NCBI GenBank assembly: GCA_965261395.1
Contig: OZ253462.1
Coordinates: 3,328,001 to 3,392,000, forward strand
Source of the DNA: Candidatus Latescibacterota bacterium
Lineage (GTDB): Bacteria; Latescibacterota; UBA2968; UBA8231
Direction of reading: 5' to 3'
Length of the DNA: 64,000 nt
Shown: in pieces, positions 29,574-38,998 of the stretch
Layout of the letters: every line of letters starts with the position of its first letter
Numbering within the stretch: the stretch's first letter is position 1
Notes under the pieces: generated by a model
What the model saw: only the letters and a program-made list of their open reading frames with translations
Told to the model about the DNA's origin: nothing
The model's database searches: none
Program-made: the position numbers and the translations under genes

Positions 29574-32500
29574 ATGACCATCCAACGCACACCCTTACGC
29601 TGGATCCTGCCGCTGTTCCTTTTCTTGAGCCAAGCGGGAGCACAGGAGGGGTTTGAGCTAACCGCCGACGGCATGGCCATAAATCGAGCCGCGCAATGGG
29701 AACACTGGACGCGGCCCAAACACGCCGTGCGCATCAACCCCCAGACCCATGCTATTATTCCGCGCCGCATAGGCCAAGCGACCGACGCCATCCTAGACGT
29801 CGACCGCTTCCAGACCCTGATCGGCAACCAGAGTGCATACGACAAACTGGTTAAGGAATTAAACCGCGCCGACCGCCCCATACCGCTCAACATCCGCACG
29901 GCCCCGGCCACCGTAGCCGGGGTGCCGATCATCTATCTAAAGGCCAACACAAAGAAGAACATCGAGATCGGCGATCCGATCATCTGGTATTACTATCACG
30001 GCGGCATCCGCCACGCCGGCACCAGCGCCGAAACCGCCGCGGCCATACTCGACGGCGACCCCGCGACCTATTGGGAACCCAGCACCTTGGTCTCCCGCAC
30101 CGAATACAACGACCTCGCGCCGGCCGCCAAGGGGCCTATCTACTTTTTCGTCAAAGGCGACGATGGCCTAGAGCGGCGGGTAGATGAAGCCGCGTACGAA
30201 GCAGCTGCCCCGGGGGATCGCCGCGTGGAATACCACAACCACTCGCTCGAAAATTGGACGGTCGATATCGACTTAGGCCGGCTGGTGCCAATCTCCAAGG
30301 TGGTGTTGCGCTTCCTAGACCCTGGCGAGGGCGAACCTTTCCGCCAAGTGCGCCTACTTGGCACGCCTTCGGACGCCCGGGGTGCGGCTTTATCGCTCAT
30401 AGACCGCACCATTGCCCCGGTCGAAAACCAAACCTCGGTGGAGTTCAACCTCGACCCAGATGATGAGGGTATTTACCGGCAACTCCACATCCTCCGCATC
30501 GCGGTCACCGACAGCAAGCTAAACAAGTTCGCGGCCGTGACGGAAGCTGAGTTCGCCGCCCTGTCGCTCGACCAACAGGGCGGCATCGACTACCACATCG
30601 TCAACGCGGCCGGCACTGAGACCAAGGTCGCCCGCAGCATCTACGAGGACGTCTCTCCCGAGCGCCGCGGTCGCCTCGTCCACCATCGGCGCGAGCGGCC
30701 CCGCCTAGCGGCCGTAGAAGTGTGGACCCAGGGCGACAACATCGCCCTCGACGTAATCAATGGCGGCGGCAGCGTCGAGCTGACCGGCACCTTCGGCGGC
30801 CTGCCCGGCTTCGACGGCCGCTACGAGAGCAACTTCCTCCAATTCGTCTGGTCGCCCGACCCCCGCTTTGAAGATCGCGGCATTATGATCCTCGACCTCG
30901 GGGCGCGCTTCTGGCTCAACTACTTCCGCATGGTAGGCGGCATCAGCGGGGTGGACGAATTGGTCGTCCGCATCTCCGACGGCACCCGAGATTCCAACGG
31001 CAGCCTGAAGTGGCGCGAGATGTACCGCCGGGCAGGATCTGCACAGAATTCTACCCCATGGTCGGGGGTATCAGTGGGTGCGGCGGAGAACGGGTTCGAA
31101 AGACTTGAGCAAGTGCGCTACCTGAACAGCCAGATATATACCAGCCAAGCAGGCCGCGCCGGCGGGTACAACACCGGCGACCGCATCCGCGAGGTGCAGC
31201 TATTCGGCGAGGGCTACCCCTCTGAAGTCACAGTCACCTCGCCGATGATCGAGCTGCCCGGCTCGGTCATTCTCGGCCCCATTGAATGGGAAGCCGACCT
31301 GCCGGACTCAGACCTAGTCGATGTCCAGATCCGCACGCGCACCGGCGACCGCCTCGTAGAGATCGTCGAGTACTACGGCAACGGCGGCGATCTCAAGACC
31401 GAAACCGAGTACACCAACCTGCCGACCAACTTTAAGGGACCGGTCGTGGATAAGCTGCAGCCCGGCGGCGGCTGGAGTAGCTGGAGCCAGCGCTATACCC
31501 GCTCGGGCCAGTTCGTGACCTCCCCCAGCCCGCGCCGCTTCTTGCAGATCCAAGCGCGGCTGCTCTCCACCTCGCCCGACGTGGCGGCCAGCCTGCGCTC
31601 CATTACCGTGAAATTCCTGCCCCCAGTGGCGCACCGGACCGTCGCCGAGATCTGGCCCAATACGGTCGAGCCGCGGGAAATGCGCGAGTTTGCACTTTAC
31701 CTCAAGCCCACTTTTGTCGAGCACCAGCCCGGGGGACCGCCCAGCCGACGCTTTGACGAGATATTGCTGGACGCCGCACCCATAGAGACGCTCTCTATCA
31801 CCGATGTGGCTCTCGGCCAGGAAGAAGATTTCGATCGTGGCCAACCCCGCCGCCTCTTCTCCGCCGCCAGCGCGGACGTGCTGATCGACGCGGCCACTGG
31901 CGATTCCCTGAAGATCTTCCCGGCGGATACTGGCACCGGCCTGCGATTACTCCTCCCCGAAAAGGTGGCCTTGCAGGCCGCAGACGACGATACCCGCACC
32001 TATTATCGGGTCGTTACCGAAGAGGGCGAGCAGGTGCCCGTAGATGACGACGGGCGCATACTCAACGAGCTGACCTATCTCGGCCTGCCACTTGAGGAGC
32101 AGGGCGACATCCTCTACTTCGCCCAGCGGGGCCGCGACGCGGACGGCAACCCCATTGTCGAAGCCGTAGAGGAATTCGCATACCGGAGCTTGGCAGATTC
32201 GCTCCAAGGCGAGATTCGCTACTTTCGCCGGCTGGTGGGCAAGGGCGGCGAATTTCCCTTTGACCGGCAGGGGAACTCATTGACCCAAGCCGCGTACAAC
32301 GCCCTGCCCCAAAGCCAGCAAGGGTCCATCGCCGCAGCCGGCGAGTTGGTGAGGGTGCGCTTTCACGCTTCGGTGTTGCTCAACGGCACCACTGTAGATG
32401 CCGCAATCCGCGATTCGGCTTTTCCCGATACCTATCAGCAAGTCGATCCCGGAGACGCCACTACCCTGACGCCTAGTACGGCCCTGAGCATCTCCGTGCC

Positions 32501-32834
32501 CTTGTCCGACCGCGTCGTGCAAGGCTTCGCCATCGCGCCCAACCCTTTTACCCCCAATGGCGACGGCACCAACGATCAAACCCACATACGCTTTGCGCTC
32601 GGCAACCTCAATGCCGAGCGCACCATCCAAGTGCGAATCTTCGACTTGGCCGGACATCTCGTGTGGAGCGGGCGTCGACAGAGCTTTGGGGAGCAGGTAT
32701 TCACTTGGGACGGACGCGGCGACGACGGTCAACTCGTGCCGCCGGGGGCGTATCTCTGCAAGATAGACGCCGACGTAGATGCAGCCTCTGCGTCCCACAC
32801 CAGTGAGACGCGTCTGATCGGGGTGGCGTACTGA
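29574..32834 (+). CDS. 1086-aa secreted protein with NPFTPNGDG/FlgD-Ig tail (paralog C)
   Basis: Signal peptide; FGEGY, IRTRTG, WSSWS, SPSPRRFLQ, AEIWP, PNPFTPNGDGTND and WDGR motifs; ends GVAY. Confidence 0.85.
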   Translation: MTIQRTPLRWILPLFLFLSQAGAQEGFELTADGMAINRAAQWEHWTRPKHAVRINPQTHAIIPRRIGQATDAILDVDRFQTLIGNQSAYDKLVKELNRADRPIPLNIRTAPATVAGVPIIYLKANTKKNIEIGDPIIWYYYHGGIRHAGTSAETAAAILDGDPATYWEPSTLVSRTEYNDLAPAAKGPIYFFVKGDDGLERRVDEAAYEAAAPGDRRVEYHNHSLENWTVDIDLGRLVPISKVVLRFLDPGEGEPFRQVRLLGTPSDARGAALSLIDRTIAPVENQTSVEFNLDPDDEGIYRQLHILRIAVTDSKLNKFAAVTEAEFAALSLDQQGGIDYHIVNAAGTETKVARSIYEDVSPERRGRLVHHRRERPRLAAVEVWTQGDNIALDVINGGGSVELTGTFGGLPGFDGRYESNFLQFVWSPDPRFEDRGIMILDLGARFWLNYFRMVGGISGVDELVVRISDGTRDSNGSLKWREMYRRAGSAQNSTPWSGVSVGAAENGFERLEQVRYLNSQIYTSQAGRAGGYNTGDRIREVQLFGEGYPSEVTVTSPMIELPGSVILGPIEWEADLPDSDLVDVQIRTRTGDRLVEIVEYYGNGGDLKTETEYTNLPTNFKGPVVDKLQPGGGWSSWSQRYTRSGQFVTSPSPRRFLQIQARLLSTSPDVAASLRSITVKFLPPVAHRTVAEIWPNTVEPREMREFALYLKPTFVEHQPGGPPSRRFDEILLDAAPIETLSITDVALGQEEDFDRGQPRRLFSAASADVLIDAATGDSLKIFPADTGTGLRLLLPEKVALQAADDDTRTYYRVVTEEGEQVPVDDDGRILNELTYLGLPLEEQGDILYFAQRGRDADGNPIVEAVEEFAYRSLADSLQGEIRYFRRLVGKGGEFPFDRQGNSLTQAAYNALPQSQQGSIAAAGELVRVRFHASVLLNGTTVDAAIRDSAFPDTYQQVDPGDATTLTPSTALSISVPLSDRVVQGFAIAPNPFTPNGDGTNDQTHIRFALGNLNAERTIQVRIFDLAGHLVWSGRRQSFGEQVFTWDGRGDDGQLVPPGAYLCKIDADVDAASASHTSETRLIGVAY

Positions 32835-32896
32835 CATCACCCATCCCGCCAATATGCTATCTCCATGCAGCCGCCCCCTGACCTTTACCCCATCCC

Positions 32897-34849
32897 TTGA
32901 CCGCGACTTCACCTACCGCACAGCGGCCCGGCCTCCGCGCCCTCCTCGTCGGCGCGGCCGGTGCTTGGGCCATTGGTGCCGGCGTCCCGTATTGCAACAT
33001 GGTGCTTCACGGCTCCCGGATCGCCTCGTACTTCAACACGCCCGCTGCGATCATTCTCTTCTTCTTACTCGTCTTTGTCGTCAACACCCTGCTGGGCCTA
33101 GTGCGCCGCTCTTGGATGCTGAACCGCGCCGAGTTGGCCCTGATCTACATCATGTGGATCGTCGCCACCTCCATCCCCGAGTGGGGGCTTACCGCCTTCC
33201 TGCTGCCCGATATTACCAGCGTCATCTACTACGCCACCCCCGAAAACAACTGGGCCGAGCTGCTCCACCCGCTGGTCCCCGATTGGCTCATCCCACACCA
33301 CGACTTCGACCAAATCAAGAATTTCTACGAGGGCGCCCCCCAAGGCGGGGGCATCCCCTGGGGCTTGTGGCTGCCCCCGCTATTTTTTTGGCTGCCCTTC
33401 GTCCTCGCGCTCTACTTGGCGATGATTTCCCTCATGGTCGTGTTGCGCAAGCAGTGGATCGAAAACGAACGCTTGATTTTTCCGCTGGTCCAGCTACCCA
33501 TTGCCATGCTCCAAGACGACGATGCCCGCCCGGGTGTGCTCAACGCCTTTTTCAAGAATCCGCTGATGTGGATCGGATTCGCCATACCCGCTATCGTCCA
33601 GAGTGCCAACGGACTGAACCACTACTTCCCCTACTTCCCCCGCGTCAGCCTCGATCATGAGATCCCGCTCTTCCGCGACAGCATCCACATCCCGCTCCGC
33701 CTGAGCTTTCAGATGCTTGGCTTTTCCTACTTCGTCAACCGCGACATCGCCTTTGGACTGTGCTTCTTCTACCTGCTCAACACCGTCCAACAGGGCATTT
33801 TCAACATCTTCGGGGTCCAGAAAATCGACCCGGTACTCGGCGCGTATAGCACGTACACCGGCTCTATCATCGTCCACCAAGGGTTTGGCGCGATCATCGC
33901 CTTGGTGCTCTTCGGCCTGTGGACGGCCCGCCGCCACCTGCGCGATGTGGCGCGCAAGGCCATTTTCGGTGCGCCGGACATCGACGACTCTGGAGAGATT
34001 CTCTCCTACCGCGCGGCCCTGCTAGTGCTAGCCGGTAGCCTCGCCTTTATGAGCGTGTGGCTGTGGCAGTCGGGCCTGCCCGCCTGGGTCACCCCCATCT
34101 ATCTCTTCTTCGCCTTTGTCCTCTTCGTCGGCATCACCCGCGTAGTTGCCGAGGGAGGACTCGCCTTTATCTTCGCGCCCATGATCGCCTCAGATTTTGT
34201 CGCGGCCGGCTTTGGCACCCGCACCATCGGCGCGTCTGGCGTCACCGCCCTCGCCTTTACGTACGTGTGGGCCAGCGACATCCTCACCTTTGTCATGGCC
34301 TCCTGCGCCAACGGCCTCAAGCTGGCCGAGGAAACCATAAAAAAGGGACGCCGCCTCATCTTCTGGGGCATCCTCCTCGCCATTTTCGTCACCCTCGGCA
34401 GCTCGATCTGGGCCATCCTCGACTTGGGCTATCGCTACGGTGGGATCAATACGGACTCGTTCTTCTTCGGCAGCGCGGCGCGCTACCCCTTTGACAACGC
34501 GGCCGCCCGCCTGCAAGCCCTCGATGGGCCGCACTGGGAAAACTGGGCCTATACCGCCCTCGGCGCAGGGGTCATGGGGCTTTTGCTCGCGGCCCGCCAA
34601 CACCTGTTCTGGTGGCCTTTCCATCCCTTGGGCTTTCCCATCAGCGCGGTCTTCGGCACCATGTTTTTCAGCGTCTTTCTCGCTTGGCTTTGCAAGACCC
34701 TCGTCCTCCGCTACGGCGGCCCAGCGCTCTACCTGAGAACCCGGCCCCTCTTCATGGGTCTAATCCTCGGCCAGTTCGTCACTGCCGGTCTCTGGTACGC
34801 CATCGACTACTTGGCTGGCGAGAGCGGCAACGCGGTGATGATCTGGTAG
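32897..34849 (+). CDS. DUF6785/DUF6784 polytopic membrane protein (putative transporter)
   Basis: Many TM helices; QWIENERLIFPL and WWPFHPLGF..YGG..Y....P.F.GLILG motifs. Confidence 0.78.
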   Translation: MTATSPTAQRPGLRALLVGAAGAWAIGAGVPYCNMVLHGSRIASYFNTPAAIILFFLLVFVVNTLLGLVRRSWMLNRAELALIYIMWIVATSIPEWGLTAFLLPDITSVIYYATPENNWAELLHPLVPDWLIPHHDFDQIKNFYEGAPQGGGIPWGLWLPPLFFWLPFVLALYLAMISLMVVLRKQWIENERLIFPLVQLPIAMLQDDDARPGVLNAFFKNPLMWIGFAIPAIVQSANGLNHYFPYFPRVSLDHEIPLFRDSIHIPLRLSFQMLGFSYFVNRDIAFGLCFFYLLNTVQQGIFNIFGVQKIDPVLGAYSTYTGSIIVHQGFGAIIALVLFGLWTARRHLRDVARKAIFGAPDIDDSGEILSYRAALLVLAGSLAFMSVWLWQSGLPAWVTPIYLFFAFVLFVGITRVVAEGGLAFIFAPMIASDFVAAGFGTRTIGASGVTALAFTYVWASDILTFVMASCANGLKLAEETIKKGRRLIFWGILLAIFVTLGSSIWAILDLGYRYGGINTDSFFFGSAARYPFDNAAARLQALDGPHWENWAYTALGAGVMGLLLAARQHLFWWPFHPLGFPISAVFGTMFFSVFLAWLCKTLVLRYGGPALYLRTRPLFMGLILGQFVTAGLWYAIDYLAGESGNAVMIW

Positions 34850-34903
34850 GGCGGCACTTTCTGGCGGCAGTTAACGCCGTGCTCTAACTTCAACTAAGGC
34901 ATC

Positions 34904-37900
34904 ATGGCCAACCCACATCTCCAACCCATCCTCGCGCCGCTAACCGCCCTGCGCCGCCGCGCCCTCGTCCTCGCTCTCGGTTCTGGAGCAGCTCTGTGCC
35001 TCGCCGCTGGGCTGGGCCTTGCCCTGCTGTGGGTGCTACTCGAAGCCCTTTTCTTTCTCTCGCCACCTTGGCGCACGGGCTTGGGCATCTTGGCACTTTT
35101 GGCTACCGGGGGGGCGCTGGCGTTTGCCCTGCGGCGGCACTTGCCCGTTCTCCTCTCGCAGCACCGCTTCGCCCTCTTCGTCGAAAGGCGCTGTCCCCCG
35201 CTCCAGCAGCGGCTTATTAGCGCGCTAGAGCTATCCGACGCCGACCCAACCCTTCACTCGCCCGCGCTGCTTGCGGCGGCGGGCGAGCGGGCTGCCGCGC
35301 TCTTGCGCGCCGCCGACCCGTCCCAAGTCCTCGACCGCGGCCCACTGCGCACCTACCTGCGCCTGCTCGGCGGTACAGTCGCCTTAGTCCTCCTCTGCGG
35401 CGCACTGTTTGGCGACGAGCTCGCCCAAGCCGCCCAGCGCTGCGCCCATCCCTTCACCACATACGAGCGCCCTCCGCGCACTCTGATCACCGTCCAGCCC
35501 GGTGACCTCGAAATCGTCAAGGGCGAAGACGCCACCCTGCAAGTGCATTTTGCCGGGCACAAGCCGCGCCGCGCCCGCATCGTGCGCCGCCCGAGCACAG
35601 CAGCACCCTACCAGATCGAAGAACTCGTGGTCGATCGCGCCGACTCGGTCACTTATACCTTTCCCCAGATCCAGCGGTCCTTCCGCTACGCCATCGCGGC
35701 TGGCGACGATCGCTCTCCCGAATACGAGGTGCGCGTCATCGACCCTCCGGCCGTCAAGCACTTGCGCCTGCACTACCAGTACCCTGCTTACAGTCAGCTA
35801 CCCGACCGCATCGAAGAGGAAGGCGGCGACATCCAGGGCCTGCCCGGCACCCGCGTCGCCTTGGAAATCGCGGCCAGCAAGCCCCTGTCCAAGGCCACCT
35901 TGGTCCTCGACGACACCTTGTCGCTATCCGCCCAACTCGACGGCGCGACTGCCCGCGTCGCCTTCCAAATCGAACGCCCGGGTGCGTACCACATCGCCCT
36001 TGTCGATCGCAAGGGCGCGCAAAACAGCGACCCCATCCGCTACGCCATCCAAGTGCGCGAAGACCACAAGCCAGAAGTCGCCATCGTTGATCCCGGCCGC
36101 GATAGCGACCTGCCCGAGTCCCTCAAGGTGCTGCTCAAAGCCGAGGCCAGCGACGACTTTTCCGTCGAGGAAATCGCCTTGGTCTATCGAGTCAACAGCG
36201 GCCCCGAACAGCGCCGAGCTTTGCCCATCAGCCCCCAGCGCGAGGTGTTCCTCAGCCACATCTGGGACTTATCAAGCGCCAACCTCTTGCCCGAAGACCG
36301 CATCTACTACCATCTAGAGGCCCTCGACAACAACCAAGTATCCGGCCCGCAAAGGGGCCAGAGTCGCCAGTACGCGCTGCGCTTTCCCTCCCTGTACGAA
36401 CTCTACTCAGAGGCCGACCAAGCCCAGGGCGAACAACTGTCCTCCTTGGAGGAAATCGCGACCCAGGGACAGGCTCATCAGGAGTACATCGAGCGGGTGC
36501 GCCGCGAGTTGCTCAAAAGCGAGGAACTGAGCTGGGAGCAAAAGAAGGAACTCGAAGCGACGCTTACAGCCGAGGCCGAGCGCGCCCGCGCCGTAGAGGA
36601 GCTCGCGGCCGAATTGGAGAAAACCATCGATTCTATGAAAGCCGAGGGCACGGGCAGCGAAGAACTGCTCGACAAGCTCGACCACATCCGCGAACTCATG
36701 GGCGACATCGCTACCCCCGAGATCCAGCAGGCCCTCGCCGACCTCCAAAAAGCCGCCAGCGATCCAGACCCCCAAGCCCTCGCCGACGCCCTCAAGCGCT
36801 TTAACGAAGACCAGCAAGCCTTCCAGCAACGGCTCGACCGCACCATTGCCCTGCTCGAACAGGTGCGGACCGAGCAGCAGCTTCGCGCCATCGTCGAGCA
36901 AGCCGCGGAACTAGCCCGCCGCCAAAGCCAGATCAACCGCGAGCTCGCGGACGGACAGAGTGGCCTGCGCCAGCAGCTACAGGAAGCCAGTTTGCAGCGC
37001 GACACCGAGCGGCTCGCCGAGCAACTCCAAGAGCTGAGCGCATCCACAGCCGAGCAAAATCCCGCGCTCGCCGAACAGCTAGCGCACCGCGCCGAGGACC
37101 TAGAGAGCAAGACACTCTCCGAGCGGATGCGCCAGATGGTGCGCCAGATGCGGGCCAAATCCCAGGGCGCGGCCCAGCAGACCGGGCAGGCTCTGGCCGC
37201 AGACCTCGACTCGCTAGCCGAGGACTTGCAGCAGCTACAAGACGAGTACCTCGCCGCAGAAAAGGACCAACTCAGCCGCGAGCTGCGCCGCGCTATGCGC
37301 GACCTCGTCCAGCTATCCCAACGCCAAGAGAGCCTGTTTGCCGACGCCCGCGCCCAAGACCAATTCGCGCTCCTGCAAGGCACCAGTCAGGTTGTGGAGC
37401 GCATCGCCGCCGTGGGCCAGCGCACCTTGGCCCTCGCCCCCGATTTGAGCGCAACCATCGGCTACGCCCTGCGCCACATGCACGACGCGGCTCAGCGCCT
37501 TGGCCAGCGCGACGCGCAGGGCGCGCTCAATCCCCAGAGGAAGGCCATGCGCTACCTCAACGAGACCGTCCTGCTCCTGCGCGAGAGCCTCGACAACCTC
37601 GCCAAAGCGCAGACCCCTTCGGCCTTTGCCGAGGCCATGCAGCAGCTACTCGGCCTCTCCGAGCAGCAGAGTCAACTCAACCAAGCCTCCGAGCAGGCCA
37701 TGGGCCAGATGCCAGGCGCTGGACTCCAGCAACAAATCGCGCGCCTCAGCGCCCAACAGCAGGGCCTCATGCAAGCACTCGACGAGATCAGCCGCTCGCT
37801 GCGCGGGCATCGAGGGGCGCAACAGCGGGTGCAAGCCATACAGGAAGAGATGCGAGACGTGCTCGCCGACTTACAGCGCGGGCGACTCAACCAGCGCACG

Positions 37901-38176
37901 CAGCGAAATCAGGAGCGCATCTACCAGCGCATGCTCGACGCCAGCCGCTCTATCCACAGCCGTGGCTTTGATGAAAAGCGGCGCAGTATCACGGCCACTG
38001 ACCAACCCTACGCCGGCCCAACCGCCCTGCCCGCAGATCGCGAGCAGACGCCCGACCTGTGGCGCGAAGCCCTGCGCCAAGCGCTCGCCGGCCCCTATCC
38101 CGAGGAGTACCGTACCTTGCTCCGGCGCTACTACGACCAAATCTACCAAGACCTGCAAGAGCGCGAAGTCCCATGA
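34904..38176 (+). CDS. DUF4175-like membrane-anchored Ig plus coiled-coil protein
   Basis: N-terminal TM helices, YP.Y, D..P.V.I..P, A.DDF and LDNN.VSGP motifs, long Q/E-rich coil, C-terminal P.EY..L...YY. Confidence 0.75.
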   Translation: MANPHLQPILAPLTALRRRALVLALGSGAALCLAAGLGLALLWVLLEALFFLSPPWRTGLGILALLATGGALAFALRRHLPVLLSQHRFALFVERRCPPLQQRLISALELSDADPTLHSPALLAAAGERAAALLRAADPSQVLDRGPLRTYLRLLGGTVALVLLCGALFGDELAQAAQRCAHPFTTYERPPRTLITVQPGDLEIVKGEDATLQVHFAGHKPRRARIVRRPSTAAPYQIEELVVDRADSVTYTFPQIQRSFRYAIAAGDDRSPEYEVRVIDPPAVKHLRLHYQYPAYSQLPDRIEEEGGDIQGLPGTRVALEIAASKPLSKATLVLDDTLSLSAQLDGATARVAFQIERPGAYHIALVDRKGAQNSDPIRYAIQVREDHKPEVAIVDPGRDSDLPESLKVLLKAEASDDFSVEEIALVYRVNSGPEQRRALPISPQREVFLSHIWDLSSANLLPEDRIYYHLEALDNNQVSGPQRGQSRQYALRFPSLYELYSEADQAQGEQLSSLEEIATQGQAHQEYIERVRRELLKSEELSWEQKKELEATLTAEAERARAVEELAAELEKTIDSMKAEGTGSEELLDKLDHIRELMGDIATPEIQQALADLQKAASDPDPQALADALKRFNEDQQAFQQRLDRTIALLEQVRTEQQLRAIVEQAAELARRQSQINRELADGQSGLRQQLQEASLQRDTERLAEQLQELSASTAEQNPALAEQLAHRAEDLESKTLSERMRQMVRQMRAKSQGAAQQTGQALAADLDSLAEDLQQLQDEYLAAEKDQLSRELRRAMRDLVQLSQRQESLFADARAQDQFALLQGTSQVVERIAAVGQRTLALAPDLSATIGYALRHMHDAAQRLGQRDAQGALNPQRKAMRYLNETVLLLRESLDNLAKAQTPSAFAEAMQQLLGLSEQQSQLNQASEQAMGQMPGAGLQQQIARLSAQQQGLMQALDEISRSLRGHRGAQQRVQAIQEEMRDVLADLQRGRLNQRTQRNQERIYQRMLDASRSIHSRGFDEKRRSITATDQPYAGPTALPADREQTPDLWREALRQALAGPYPEEYRTLLRRYYDQIYQDLQEREVP

Positions 38177-38994
38177 AAATACCCGCCCTCATCTATGCCC
38201 TCGGCCTGTGCAGCGCGGCCGCCGCAGCCGACGACCTACAATCGCAGGTCGAGCAAGCGCACCTGTTGCTAGAGCACGACGCACAGGGAGCTTGCACCGC
38301 CCTGCAAGCGGTAGTCGAAGCGCCGCAACGCGGGCCGTGGACCGAGCCGGCCCTGATGCTGATTGCCGAGTGCAGCTTGCGCCTCGGCGACCTGGACCGC
38401 GCCGATCGCTTTTGGGCGGACTTGACAAAGCGCGGCGGCCCGGCTGCGTACGCGGCCCGCTATCACCGCGCCGAGTTGCTCTACTTCCGCGGCGACTTTG
38501 CCGCAGCTACAGCCGCCTTGGCCGCGCTGGGTGCTGCCGACCCGGGCCATGCCTTTGCCAACGATGTCCTCGCCCTACTCGCCGTCTGCGAAGAGTACGC
38601 AGCGTCCGATGGCCTCGCCGATCTCAGCCGCGCCCAGCTCTTAGAGCGACAAGGACAGAGCGAATCGGCCGAGGCGCATTGGGCTGCCCTCGAAGATCGC
38701 GCCGAGCCAGATCTCGTCGAGTGGAGCCTGCGCATCCGCGCCGAATTGCGCGCGAGCCAAGGTCGTTCTGACGAAGCCATAGCCCTGTACCAGCGCCAAA
38801 TCACCCACTTCCCCCAAGGCGAGCACGTCGTCGCGGCCTATCTCGGCCTAGCCGCGCTCTACGAGCACCAAGGCGCGATGGAGCAGGCCCTCAAGACCTG
38901 CGAAACCGCGCTTCTCCAACACCCGCACGACGCCCGCGCCCCAGAGGCGCGCCTGCGCATCGAGCGGCTCCGCCACCTGCGCGAAAGCGGCTGA
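38173..38994 (+). CDS. Secreted TPR (CpoB/BamD-like) protein
   Basis: Signal peptide MKIPALIY..; TPR-like units; ATGA coupling with the previous gene. Confidence 0.75.
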   Translation: MKIPALIYALGLCSAAAAADDLQSQVEQAHLLLEHDAQGACTALQAVVEAPQRGPWTEPALMLIAECSLRLGDLDRADRFWADLTKRGGPAAYAARYHRAELLYFRGDFAAATAALAALGAADPGHAFANDVLALLAVCEEYAASDGLADLSRAQLLERQGQSESAEAHWAALEDRAEPDLVEWSLRIRAELRASQGRSDEAIALYQRQITHFPQGEHVVAAYLGLAALYEHQGAMEQALKTCETALLQHPHDARAPEARLRIERLRHLRESG

Positions 38995-38998
38995 CCCC

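Noticed and set aside
34846-34889. GTAGGGCGGCAC...GTGCTCTAAC as a third REP copy
   Set aside because: The arms pair poorly and do not match the GTAGGGGCGACC consensus.
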